Source: Rebecca billardiae RCC1528 (taxonomy: Eukaryota; Protista; Haptophyta). From it: DNA of 64,000 bases. A program made the translations under genes and the position numbers. The DNA lies in NCBI GenBank assembly GCA_965240325.2, contig OZ251225.1:1860001-1924000 (forward strand), given 5' to 3'. Positions 20,769-31,465 of the stretch are shown here, piece after piece. Under the pieces are notes generated by a model, which worked only from the letters and a program-made list of their open reading frames with translations, ran no database searches and was not told the DNA's origin. Each line of letters starts with the position of its first letter. Positions within the stretch are counted from its first letter, which is position 1.

Positions 20769-21048
20769 CGGGAGACGTGGGCAGAGTATAACGCGCGGTG
20801 CGTTGATGACTACTCGCGTGACCCACCGTGACCGGAGACAGCCGTCCGCGGAGACCGGACCGTGTGTCTGCCGACTGCCCGACTGCGCGGCCCGTAATAA
20901 AATCAAATGATACTATTTATAACTTACTAGCTTCACGATCGGGCTCGATGATGCATGGCGTCTCGATCGGCGATCACGCACATGGCGTCCCGATCGGCCA
21001 TTGCTAGTAAGTTAGTTACTATAGGACTTCACTACGACTAGACGGGCA

Positions 21049-23040
21049 CTACGGCGCCGTCACGGCCTGGACAAAGTCGAGCGTGATCGCCACCGTCTCG
21101 TCGAGGTGGCGCCGCGCGACGGGCACGCCGTCGCGGCGAGCGAGGGCGAGCGCGAGCTGCAGCGCGTTCTTGATCTGGCGGCCGTTCAGCTCGTGCCGCG
21201 CGAGCGCGCCCACGTCGACGGCGCCCTCGTCCGCGCCGGCGCGCCCGAGCAGGTTGCGCCACACCTGCGCGCGCCCCGCCTGGTCGAGCGGCTCGTAGCG
21301 GAGGGCGCACTGCACGCGCGACTGGAAGGCCGGGTCGAGCGACTCGACGCGGTTGGAGGTGAGGAAGAGCACGCCGGCGTAGTACTCGAGCAGCCGGAGC
21401 ATCACGCACACCATCGCGTTGCGCACGAGCGCCTCCTTCGCGCGGCGCTCGAGCAGCATCTCCGCCTCGTCGATCAGCACGAGAGCGCGCCACGGCGCGC
21501 ACAGGGCGAACACTTCCGAGAGGGCCTTCTCGAGCGCCTCGGGGGTGGTGCCGAGCTCGCCCATGGAGACGACGTACAGCGGGCGTCCGAGCAGCTCGGC
21601 GATCGCCTCCGCGGTCAGCGTCTTGCCCACGCCCGGCGGGCCGTGCAGCAGGAAGATCGATCCCTCGCCCTTGCCGGAGATGAGATCGGCGCCGCCGCCC
21701 GCCGCCGAGCCGCCGCCGTCGGGGTCGGCCGAGTGCACGACGAGGGCCTCGATGAGCCGCTTGCGCCCGGGCGGCAGGACGAGCTGCTCGAACGCCTGCC
21801 TGTTGAAGTGCACGTCGCTCAGCCCGTCGACCAGCGCGATCCCCCACCGCTTGACCGCGAACGAGAAGCCCGCGACCGTGGGCCACGTTCGCCACACGAC
21901 AGCCTCGGGCATCGGACCCCTGAGCAGCAGAACTCCGGACTCATCCGTCGACTCGTCGGCGGCGGCGGCGCCGTCGGAGGGCGCGGAGCCGGCGCGGCCG
22001 GCAGCCGCGCGTGCGTGGTGCGCGAGCGCGCCGAGCACGCCCGACACCGCCTCGCTCGCCAGCCCGGAGCCCTTGCCCGTGTGCACGCTGCGGCGCAGCG
22101 CCGCAGCGGTGTCCACCATCATGCGCCCCGCGACCGGGCGCGCCGGCACGTCCGCCTGCCCGGCGGCGCTGAGGGGCCGCACGGCGGTGAACGCGTCGGC
22201 GGTGTGCTCCATCAGCGTCGGCGCCTGCGCCACGCGCTCGTACGCGCGCCCGCGCGCCACCAGCCGCTCGCGCGCCTCCGCCGTGAGCAGCTTGAAGTCC
22301 ATCCCGGACCTGACGGGGCGCGTGCCGGCAAACTCGCCGACCAGATGGTTGTGCTCGATCAGCGCGAAGCGCTCGCCGACGGCGACGGCGCACTCGAGCG
22401 CGGCGTAGAAGGTGCGCCCCTCGCCGAAGAGCGTCTTCGTGCGCGAGTAGTAGCAGCCGCGCACGAGGAAGCCCGTCGGCGCGCCGTGCACGCCCGTCGC
22501 GACGCCGTGCTCCACGACCTCGCGGCCAGGCGTGAACAGCTCGGCGAGAGAGTCAAAGTCGACGGCGCCCTCGGCGACGGTGCGCCGCGCGTGGGCGATG
22601 GGCTCGGCGTACCAGGACTCGATGGTGCTGATCAGCTGGTCCAGCCCGAGCACCTCGACCGGGCCCTCGTCCGCCTGCGGCAGCCGCACGCCGAAGGAGC
22701 TCGCCTGCTGCAGCAGCCTCCACGTGCCCACGCGCACGCGACTCTGCCGCGCATGGCGTGCGTCGGCTGTCTCGGCGTCTGGCGCCGAGTTGAGAGCCAT
22801 GGCTTCATTGTACAGCTTCACGTCGTACTGCAGCGCGCGCAGGAGGCCGAGCGCGTCGTACAGCCGCTGACGCTCGGTGCGCACTTCCTTCTTGCCCACC
22901 GAGCCGCTCATCCGCGCGTTGGTGATGCGGCGCACGACGGTGGCGAGGTGGATCGCGTTGCCGGGCTTGTCTTCGAAGACGACTAGGTTGCCCTCCAGCG
23001 TGAAGTGCGCCGCGTCGGAGGGGGTCTCGGCCGCCGCCAT
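21049..23040 (-). CDS. AAA+ ATPase of the fungal/protist single-AAA family; start placed at MAAAET
   Basis: Walker A LLHGPPGVGKTLTAE, Walker B LIDEAE, RNAMV..LRLLEYY.GVLFLTSNR, LDPAFQSRV, LNGRQIKN. The ORF-track start (23151) lies inside a transposon TIR and is spurious. Confidence 0.92.
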   Translation of the reverse strand: MAAAETPSDAAHFTLEGNLVVFEDKPGNAIHLATVVRRITNARMSGSVGKKEVRTERQRLYDALGLLRALQYDVKLYNEAMALNSAPDAETADARHARQSRVRVGTWRLLQQASSFGVRLPQADEGPVEVLGLDQLISTIESWYAEPIAHARRTVAEGAVDFDSLAELFTPGREVVEHGVATGVHGAPTGFLVRGCYYSRTKTLFGEGRTFYAALECAVAVGERFALIEHNHLVGEFAGTRPVRSGMDFKLLTAEARERLVARGRAYERVAQAPTLMEHTADAFTAVRPLSAAGQADVPARPVAGRMMVDTAAALRRSVHTGKGSGLASEAVSGVLGALAHHARAAAGRAGSAPSDGAAAADESTDESGVLLLRGPMPEAVVWRTWPTVAGFSFAVKRWGIALVDGLSDVHFNRQAFEQLVLPPGRKRLIEALVVHSADPDGGGSAAGGGADLISGKGEGSIFLLHGPPGVGKTLTAEAIAELLGRPLYVVSMGELGTTPEALEKALSEVFALCAPWRALVLIDEAEMLLERRAKEALVRNAMVCVMLRLLEYYAGVLFLTSNRVESLDPAFQSRVQCALRYEPLDQAGRAQVWRNLLGRAGADEGAVDVGALARHELNGRQIKNALQLALALARRDGVPVARRHLDETVAITLDFVQAVTAP

Positions 23041-23195
23041 CGGAATCCGCGTCGGGCGTGGACGACGGCGGAAGTTGACGACAACGCCGCGAGCTTGTGT
23101 GGTAAGACTTGGGGCGATGGCCGACGCGACGGGAGTGGTGGGTTTGGCCAAAGAAATAGAGGGGGTAGAACCGAAAGCTCACCTCCCGGACTGAA

Positions 23196-24881
23196 ATGAC
23201 CGGGCTTCAGAGTCCGGACGGCTTGCCCCAGCTCCGCGCCGCCGCACTTGGCAAAGACTGGCGTCGTCCGCCCCTGATCCCCGCAGCCATGCTCACCGAT
23301 GCCGCACGGGCGGAGCTCGTCGCCGTATTCCAGGCGAAGAGCGCCGAGTGGGAGAAGAGGAAGACGAAGGGGAACGCCAACGGCTTGCCGCAGATCGACC
23401 GCGTGCTGGAGCTGAAGCTCATCAAGGTGCGGCACAAGCTCAGCCAGCGGCAGATCGCCCTCGCGTACAAGCGCTACCTCGATCCGCCCCAGCGTGTGAA
23501 GCTGGCGCCGGTGAGCGGCTTCGTCGAGTCGACGCTGAAGCAGCTAGGCGACAGGTCGCTCATCGTCAAGCGCGCCGTCGAGTTCTGCCGGACGAGTTCT
23601 CATGCGGCGATGTTGATGGGTGATCCCACGCCAGCCCGCTTCGACAAGCTGGCCTCGGCGCTCGGGGACGAGCTCGAGGAGCGCGTGCGGGCCATGGTCG
23701 ACGTGATGGCGACTCACCGCGCGAAGTCAACCACGGCGATCGGCAACGTGCGCTCGGCCTTCCACTCGGAGCTGCGTGAGACACGACAGGCGTTTATCCA
23801 GGAGCACGCGGCGCGCGCAGAGGAGGCGATCCGGAGCTTGTCAGCTGTGAACGCTCGGCCCATGTTGCACGTCGCGCTCCTGGACGAGCTGGACGAGGCG
23901 CTCTTCGCGGCCACGTGCGAAAAGCTCGCCGCCCACCCACCCGTCCAGGTGCCACCGACCTGCTCGCCGGATGTGAAGGACCTCCGCGCCCAGCTCCTGT
24001 ACTACCTCACCGGCTGGCTCATGCGCAAGGTGCAGGCTGCCGCTTGCCGCGGTACCAAGGCGCTCCTGGAAGCGGGGCCCTTTTGGCTCGCGTGGCTCAA
24101 GGCGAACGGGCTCGCGAGCAGCGATGTCGTGTCCCTCTGGGATCTGCCGTCGGTGCGTACGCTCAGGCGCAACGTGCACGACTCTGCCCTCTACCTCCCA
24201 CGCAAGGAGCTATTCATGCTCGTGTGGAGGATGGAGGAGCACGTCGTCGCCGTCCTCACTCGGGACCACATCGCACTCGTCAGGGGCGACATCATGCTCG
24301 AGGCGTCCAAGCTCATCCTGGCTAGTGCGGAGTGCGCAGCGCTCTTCGCTGCCACGCTGCCCGACCCCAAGCCTGCCGAGGCGGAGCAGCTGGCCCTCTT
24401 CGAGTTCCTCGTGGACAAGTACATGCGCGTGCGCGGCCCGAACTTTGCACGCACGGCTCTCGATCACATGTTCACGTCGCTCACCGTGGAGAGCCAGCGG
24501 GCCAACCTGCGCACCAAGCTCGCTACGGTCGCGGCGAAGTCGCCCGGCGCCCAGCTCAGCGTGCCGGCGCCCGAGGCGATGCTGACGCATCGTGAGTCGC
24601 TTGCCAAGGCGATTGCGCTTGGAGACGTCGACGAGGCTGATGGCGAAGGGCAGTCAGCAGAGGAGGTGAAGGCTGATGAGCGCATGGTGGACTCGTTCTT
24701 CGCAGACATCGAGAGCGAGCAGCAGCGCTGCCTGCTCGACGACGAGGTCAATGACGGTGCTGATGTCGAGCACCTCAACTTGATCACGAAGGGCGTGCAG
24801 GCGTGCTTCGGCAATGCAGCCAGCGCGGGCGGCAGTGCAGACCCCTTTGCTGTGAGCGGCGATCATGCTGACGACGAGTGA
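23196..24881 (+). CDS. Transposon-encoded 561-aa protein: homeodomain-like N-terminus plus region resembling the P-transposase C-terminal domain; no DDE core seen
   Basis: Intact ORF starting 47 bp inside the left end; LLYYLTGWLMRKV...SALYLPRKELFMLVWRMEEHV...LVDKYMRVR resembles the Y-x-x-G-Y/W...L-x-x-P...E...R pattern of P/THAP9 C-termini; acidic tail. Confidence 0.7.
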   Translation: MTGLQSPDGLPQLRAAALGKDWRRPPLIPAAMLTDAARAELVAVFQAKSAEWEKRKTKGNANGLPQIDRVLELKLIKVRHKLSQRQIALAYKRYLDPPQRVKLAPVSGFVESTLKQLGDRSLIVKRAVEFCRTSSHAAMLMGDPTPARFDKLASALGDELEERVRAMVDVMATHRAKSTTAIGNVRSAFHSELRETRQAFIQEHAARAEEAIRSLSAVNARPMLHVALLDELDEALFAATCEKLAAHPPVQVPPTCSPDVKDLRAQLLYYLTGWLMRKVQAAACRGTKALLEAGPFWLAWLKANGLASSDVVSLWDLPSVRTLRRNVHDSALYLPRKELFMLVWRMEEHVVAVLTRDHIALVRGDIMLEASKLILASAECAALFAATLPDPKPAEAEQLALFEFLVDKYMRVRGPNFARTALDHMFTSLTVESQRANLRTKLATVAAKSPGAQLSVPAPEAMLTHRESLAKAIALGDVDEADGEGQSAEEVKADERMVDSFFADIESEQQRCLLDDEVNDGADVEHLNLITKGVQACFGNAASAGGSADPFAVSGDHADDE

Positions 24882-25143
24882 CTTCGACTACGATGTATCA
24901 TCAATGATTGTCAGTTAGCGCGTCATCGATGATATATATATCGTCACGTGTCATCATATCAGTAGTCACAGATATATTATATATACATATAGGTGAGCAG
25001 CGCGCCACGGCGCCGGGCACTGCTGTGTCTGTATGACTCGGGGCAGTGACACTGTCACTGTGAGTCCTGCTACTGCTAGTAGCAGCGCTCGCCGCCGGAT
25101 TACTGTATGTAATTTACGTACGTACTTATTACATAGCAGATTA

Positions 25144-26148
25144 TTACGCGACTATACGTATCCTCATCCTGTCGGCGCGCTGTTGCATCGGCGCCCAGTC
25201 GGCGAGTTCGGAGGACGACGTTTTGTGGCGGACGACGGTGGGGCGAGGACGACGGGCGCTGGCGCGCCGCGAGGCGGCCGCAGCCCTCATCCATCCTGGA
25301 GGCGGTGCCTCCGGAGCAGGGGGCGGCGGGGCGGGAGGCGCGAGTTGGTGCCCGACGCCGAGCTTTCGTTCGAGAAGCGCATACGCGCTCACGAGCCCGC
25401 CGCCCGCGTCTCGCCGGTCATTCACGCGCAACGGCTTGTGTGCGAGGATGAGGCCGAGTGTTCTCGCCCGAGGCTCGAGCTCCGTGCCGTGCGCGCCGTC
25501 CGACGAATCGAGCGACACGCCCACCGTGGGCGCGACAGACCGCAGCACCTCGGCGAACTCGTCGCGTGCGAGCAATGCAGCGAGCGCGCGCTCCTCGACA
25601 GCCCCATCCTCGTAGAGGGGCGCCAACAACTGCTCGAGCTGGAAAACAGGAGCCGGTGGGCATAGATAGCTCGGCTGCCCGGCCGGCTTCACGTAGTACA
25701 CCATCCGTCCGTCTACGACACCGGGGACATGCCGCGCTCGGTCTTTGATGATGTCGTGGGGCGTGCCGTTGCCCGTCAGGTGCTCCGCCAGCGCCTTTGC
25801 CATGTTGATATCCCCAACCCACCAGTTCGCCGCCAACCTGTAGTGCGCACGAAACGAGGGCGGTTCGGGGGCGCCAAAACGGGTGAGATTCGTGTCCCTC
25901 AAGGTTCGAGCGGTGGGTAAGCACACTGCCCCGCTGGCTCCATACTTTAGGGACACGAAATTACGCGCAGTATCTCTGTGTTGGGCAGTCGCGCGCCACG
26001 CGGGCAAGTTTGGGGCTCGACGCTCAGGCCCGGTCGCGGGCGCACCTGGAGACACCATCGCCGGCGCCGCTCGCGTCGTCGGTTTGGTCGGTGGAGTTTC
26101 TGCGTGGTCGCATGGCTTCAAGCCCCGGGCTGCACGTCGGGCGTGCAC
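25144..26148 (-). pseudogene. Second, convergent ORF of the P-like element, possibly a decayed or internally deleted transposase
   Basis: RNFVSLKY...LPTARTLRD resembles the LPSxxTL helix-turn-helix segment of P transposases; lower-GC codon usage at ~25650-26000; no complete catalytic triad; start uncertain. Confidence 0.35.
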
Positions 26149-26332
26149 TGCACGAGCCGAGAGTCAGCGCGGCTGCGACGAGGTGCAGGGCGAGGAGCAA
26201 CCAGGGCATCTCCGCGCCTGAGGGCGTGACGAAGCTGAAGCCCGGTGTTCCGGAGCGAGCAGTCTGAAACCATATTAATCGGGAGAGCTTTCGGTTCTAC
26301 CCCCTCTATTTCTTTGGTTTGGCAGTCCGCGG

Positions 26333-28371
26333 TAGCCTGTCCGGCCCCCCTCCGCTGGCTACGGGGGGCCTGCCGAAAGTCTGCTCTAGCGGGACCCCCG
26401 CGCACTGGGGCTGCACTGGGCGCGAGCTCGGCGGGGACGTGGCGAGCGGGTCGGTGCGCGCCGCGGGCTGGGTGCGCGATTTTACCAACGTATCGGTCGA
26501 TCTGACCCTCCCCGTCGCGCCGCTCTTGCCCTCGCGGCCTCTCTTCCCCCCAACACGGGTGCGCGCAGCCGCTTGAACAGCCTGGCTGCAGGTCGTTCAC
26601 AGACGGCGGGCCGCGTGCAACCTGCGCGGGTGAAGAGGGGTGGCTTGTTGCGTGGTTGCGTGGCTGACGCTCATATGTGGCCTTGCGAGCCTTTGTGTGC
26701 GAGATTACTTGCCCACATCCGCTCTCGCGTGTCATGCGCGCGTGTAACGTACACCATCGGATCTCCGCTGCGCTTGCGCTTGTCCACCTGCTGCCAGCTG
26801 GGCCAGCGTGGGGCCACTGCAGGCACTAAGACGGTGACGCCATATCGTTGACATGTTCTGTCGCATGCTTGTGGCCTTCGTCTTTGCCATCTGCGTGCTT
26901 GATATTGAAGGCAGTGCTTCTGGCAGGTGCATTCCTGAAGTTGCCCGTCGAGTCACCCTCGGCTCCCGCGTCACTGTGTTACACAGACTCACAGCTCCGG
27001 TGCGAGAGTGGGAATCATCAAGCATCGTCGCCCGCATGCTTGTGGCGTACAAGCACGCTCCGAGCGGGCAGGCTGCCGTCCCGTTCTCCGACGCAACGCG
27101 CCACAAGGTCATGTCGTTAGCGTGGCCGGGTTTAAAATTAAATCCACGGCGATGAATAAAATATTAAAAGAAACGAATATTGAGCAACCCCGCCCGCCGG
27201 CCAGGCCGACTACCTCCCCCACGGCTAGGCTGAGCGCCATCCCCGACCGCACCGGCGGCTGGCGTGAGCATCCACGCAGACTACTCTCACTAGCTTACTG
27301 CATCAACTCGGACCGTCACTCGTCAGCCGGGACCGACCGTCCGACGGCGGCAACGGCGTGACGACCGACGACTGCAAGTCACAGCGCGCGGCATCTCAGT
27401 GATCAGCATCGGCGACGACTCCCTCATCCGCGGCTAACGCGCTCACATCCTCCGCCTCCAATCAGTACTTCGACAGACGAATCAGGAGAGCTGCGTCCTC
27501 ATACCTGATGTGTCTTTAAATCCTAGAATTGTCAGAGTACAGTAGCGCTGTAGTGCAGCAGCGGCAGCAGGAGAGTGCGCACACCGCGCCGGCGACGTGG
27601 ACAAGCCGACGCTTGATCTAGTACGTTGCTGACTTCATCTGCCATCCGATGATCAGACGTGCGGTGCCCCATCACCCGAGCTATCCTGGGCACTGGCCTC
27701 TCAGCCTGGCGCGATGCCCGTCGTCACAGGTTGACACGAATGACGAGTCAGATGCCCATGTCGTTTTGGCTGCTGGACTCCGCTTCACAGTGCACACCTC
27801 CAGTGGACGGGAGGAACGTAACGCAGCGCGCGCACTTGCACTCGCCTGGATGCGAGCCCGTCAGAATGTCGACGATCTCGCGCGCGACGTGGATAGCCAG
27901 TGGCAGTGGCCTCGGCTGCTGCAAGGCGGGTCGCATACGGCATAGTGTTCGTTGCACGCGCGCATGACACGCGAGAGCAGATGTGGGCAAGTAACCTCGC
28001 ACACAAAGGCTCGCAAGGCCACACACGGGCGTCGGCCGCGTAACCACGCAACAAGCCACCCCTCTTCACCCGCGCAGGTTGCACGCGGCCTGCCGTCTGT
28101 GAACGACCTGCAGCCAGGCTGTTCAAGCGGCTGCGCGCACCCGTGTTGGGGGGAAGAGAGGCCACGAGGGCAAGAGCGGCGCGACGGGGAGGGTCAGGTC
28201 GACCAATACGTTGGTAAAATCGCACACCCAGCCCACGGCGCGCGCCGACCCGCTCGCCACGTCCCCGCCGAGCTCGCGCCCGGAACGACCCCAGTGCGCG
28301 GGGGTCCCGCTAGAGCAGACTTTCGGCAGCCTCTACACAGCCGACACAGCAGTGTAGAGTCGGACAGCCTA
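26333..28371. mobile_element. Non-autonomous MULE/Mutator-like element, 2039 bp
   Basis: 9-bp TSD AGTCCGCGG (26324-26332 and 28372-28380); ~420-bp TIRs (26333-26754 and 27945-28371) starting TAG(C/G)CTGTCCG; empty site present at ~32172-32190; no transposase ORF inside. Confidence 0.85.
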
Positions 28372-28839
28372 AGTCCGCGGCGGTTATCGCGTTATGACTG
28401 CCGCGTCGCTGCTCCGCCGCCGCCCGTGCCCCTCCCCGCTAGGTGGGCGTATACCCGGCCGGACGCGGGCTCGGCGCTCGCAGCGGCTCGCCGGAGTGAC
28501 CGGACGGTGACGAGATGTGAGTCGGAAGCAGCTCGCCTTTGCGGCGCGGGTACCAAGCGGAAAGTGAGCGTACCTGCAGGCGGGCCGACCCTCGGCGTGA
28601 CAGGCGCACCTTCGGGGCCGGTCAGGGCAGCCCACGTCGTGCAGCCGACCGCTTCCGCCGCGACTGCCCCCCGGCGCACCCTGCCCCGGCCGACGCCTGA
28701 GCACAGCGGCCCCGCCCGGGCCCGGGGCCCCCGGGCGGCAGGCCGCGGCGGCGCCGGCACACTCACGGACAGCCAGCGGCGCTCCTCCGCCTCCTTCGTT
28801 CTTCGTTCCTCGGTGTCCCCTCGGTGTGGCGAGCAGCGC

Positions 28840-29581
28840 GCGCATTCATCCCGCCCGGCCTCATGAAATTGCACCCGTGCTGCTTCTGGGTCCCCTGCGG
28901 CTTCCGGCGCTGGGCGCACAGTGGAGCGGAGTGTGAGGGGGCGGTGCGCTGCCGTCCATCGTGCGCGCTCTTCGCTCGTCACCACCCTCTGCCTCGCTCG
29001 AGCGAGGCGCGCGCTCCGCGCATTCTGCCTCGCTCGTGCGCCAGCGCGCTTGTATCCTGGGGATGACGCGTGCATCCGTGCTGCTTCGGCGTCCTCCTGC
29101 ACCGTCCGGCGGCCGAGCGCACAGCGGGGCGACGCGGGAGGTGCCGGTGCAGGGCCGTCCGTCGCGGTCACTCAGCGCTCATCGCCGTCTGCTTCGCTCG
29201 AGCGAGAGCGCCCTCAGCGCATTCATCCCGCCCGGCCTCATGCAATTGCACCAGTGCTGCTTCGGGGTCCCCTGCTGCTTCCGGCGCTGGGCGCACAGCG
29301 GAGCGGAGCGCGAGGGAGCGGTGCGCTGCCGCCCGTCGTGCGCGCTCCTAGCTCACCACCCTCTGCTTCGCTCGAACGAGCCGCGCGCTCCGCGCCTTCT
29401 GCTTCGCTCGAGCTCGAGCGCGCTTGTATCCTGGGGATGATGACGAGTGCATCAGTGCTACTCCTCCTGCAGCGTCCGGCGGCTGAGCGCGCAGCGGGGC
29501 GCCGCGGGAGGTGCCGGTGCGCGGGCGTCCGTCGCGGCCACTCAGCGCTCATCGCCGTCTGCTTCGCTCGCGCGAGAGCGC
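28840..29581. repeat. Two diverged tandem copies of a ~377-bp unit
   Basis: gcattcatcccgcccggcctcatg(a/c)aattgcacc starts at 28842 and 29219. Confidence 0.85.
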
Positions 29582-29799
29582 ACTCATCATCACCTTCCGC
29601 CACCTCGCTCGAGCTGTGGATGGAGCGCGCTTCGGCGGGGCGGGCAGTGGCCACATCCATGCTGCTACTTCTACGTCCTTCGGCAGCGCGCGAAGGCGGG
29701 GCGCATATCGATACGGACCAAGCCGCTCGCACGCGGCATGCTCGTGCCACGCACGCCGCCGCCGCTCGCCGCCGCTCGCCTGAGCCCGCACTCGCGCGG

Positions 29800-30290
29800 C
29801 TGCGTGTCAGCCTGCGCCCAACTTCTCCGAGCGTCACACGCGCGTAACTTTGCTCCTTACATGCGCGTGTCTTTGCGCCTCACTGCGCCTAACCTCTCCG
29901 CGCATCACATGCGCCTAACTTTGCGCCTTACATGCGCGTAACTTCGCGCGTCACTTGCGCCTAACGGTCACTTGCGCCTAACTTCTCTGCGCCTCACTGC
30001 GCCTAACTTCTCCGCGCGTCACATGCGCCTAACTTTGCGCCTTACATGTGCGTAATAACTTCGCGCGTCACTTGCGCCTAACTGTCACTTGCGCCTAACT
30101 TCTCTGCGCCTCACTGCGCCTAACTTCTCCGCGCGTCACAATCATGAGCCTAACTTTGCGCCTCACATGCGCGTATCTTTGCGGGTCACTTGCACCTATG
30201 ATAACTTCTCTGCGCCTCACTGCGCTTAACTTCTTCGCGCGTCACATGTGCCTGCCTGACGTTGCGCCTCACATGCGCGTAACTTCTCGT
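29800..30290. repeat. Minisatellite of gcgcctaact/gcgcctcact/gcgtcacat motifs
   Basis: Many degenerate 10-12-bp units organised in ~120-bp larger units. Confidence 0.85.
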
Positions 30291-31235
30291 CCGCGCGCGT
30301 CACCCTCTGCTTCGCTCGAGCGTGAACGCGCGCATCGTCAATCACCTCATGCCTATCGCTCGAGCAGCGGCCTTCAGTTCCGTTCCCGTGCGCGGTACGA
30401 GCGCTCCACTTCCATCTACTCACGCTGCGCATTCCTCTCATTCATCCCAGTCAATCATCCGCACGCGTCACCTTCTGCCTCGCTCGAGCGTGAACGCGCT
30501 CATCGTCAATCACACTCTGCCTATCGCGCGAGCAGCGGCCTTCATTTCCGTTCCCGCACGCGGTCCGAGCATTCCACTTCCGTCTCACGCCGCGCATTCC
30601 TCTCCTTCATTCCAGTTCCGTTCCGATCTACACGACGCGCGTGCGTCCGTTTCCTCACGCCGCGCGTGTCTGTTCCGTCTCCACAGCCAATCCTATCCTG
30701 CACCCCTGGCCAGTCATCCACGCACGTCACCTTCTGCTTCGCTCGATCGTGGACGCGCTCATCGTCAATCACCTTCTGCCTCTCGCTCGAGCAGCTGCCT
30801 TCAGTTCCGTTCCTACGCGCGGTCCGGAGCGTTCCACTTCAGTGTCACACCGCGCGTTCCTCTGTCTCTCCTTCAATCCGGCTCCGTTCCGATCTACGTG
30901 CATTCCCTGCCTCACGCTGCACGTTCCTGGTCCTTCCCATCTCGCACCGCGCGTTCCTTTCCTTCATCCCAGCTCCGCCTTTCTCGCTCGTCGCCTTCTG
31001 TGTCGCTCGAGCGGGGACGCGCTCATCATCGGCAATGACTTTCTGCCTGTCGCTCAAGCAGCTACTTTCCGTTCCGTTTCGTTCCTACTACACGTGTTCC
31101 ATCCCTCGCGCCGGGCGCACCTGATCCTTCCCGTCACGCACCGCGCGTTCCTTTCCCTCATGCCTGTTCCATCTTCCTCACTCATCACCTTCTGCTTCGC
31201 TCGAGCGTGATGGCGCTCATCGTCCATCTTCGAGC
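30291..31235. repeat. About five degenerate pyrimidine-rich tandem units beginning tcaccttctgcttcgctcgagcgtg
   Basis: Unit starts near 30298, 30466, 30725, 30990 and 31184. Confidence 0.75.
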
Positions 31236-31249
31236 CGCTGGGCGTGATC

Positions 31250-31465
31250 GTCACGCGCGCGCACGGTCATGCGCGCGCACCGATCATTATGTGCCGATCA
31301 TCAGTTCATCATGCGCGCGCTCCGATCATCATGCGTGCGTGCCGATCATCATGCGCGTGTGCCGATCATCATTCGTGCGCGCCGTCATGCGCGCGCACCG
31401 ATCATCATGCGCCGATCATCACGCGCGCGCGACCATCATGCGTGCGCCGCGCGACCATCACCATT
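31250..31465. repeat. Minisatellite (ccgatcatcatgcgcgtg-like, ~21-bp unit)
   Basis: ccgatcat(c/t)at repeated about 7 times. Confidence 0.85.

Larger units (their letters stand above)
23149..26316. mobile_element. P-superfamily-like DNA transposon, 3168 bp, two convergent ORFs
   Basis: Perfect 32-bp TIRs CAAAGAAATAGAGGGGGTAGAACCGAAAGCTC (23149-23180 and 26285-26316); 7-bp TSD GTTTGGC (23142-23148 and 26317-26323); empty site gtgg-GTTTGGC-agtcc at ~32161-32176. CANRG termini with 7/8-bp TSDs are the established P-superfamily signature. Confidence 0.88.

Noticed and set aside
23041-23151. N-terminal extension of the AAA+ ORF in the ORF track
   Set aside because: It starts at a TTG inside the transposon TIR; the first in-frame ATG is at 23040.
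26755-27944. Transposase or captured host gene inside the MULE-like element
   Set aside because: Only short ORFs without DDE or other recognisable motifs.
29800-31465. Possible CRISPR-like repeat arrays
   Set aside because: Units are degenerate tandem repeats without unique spacers, there are no cas genes, and the context is eukaryotic.
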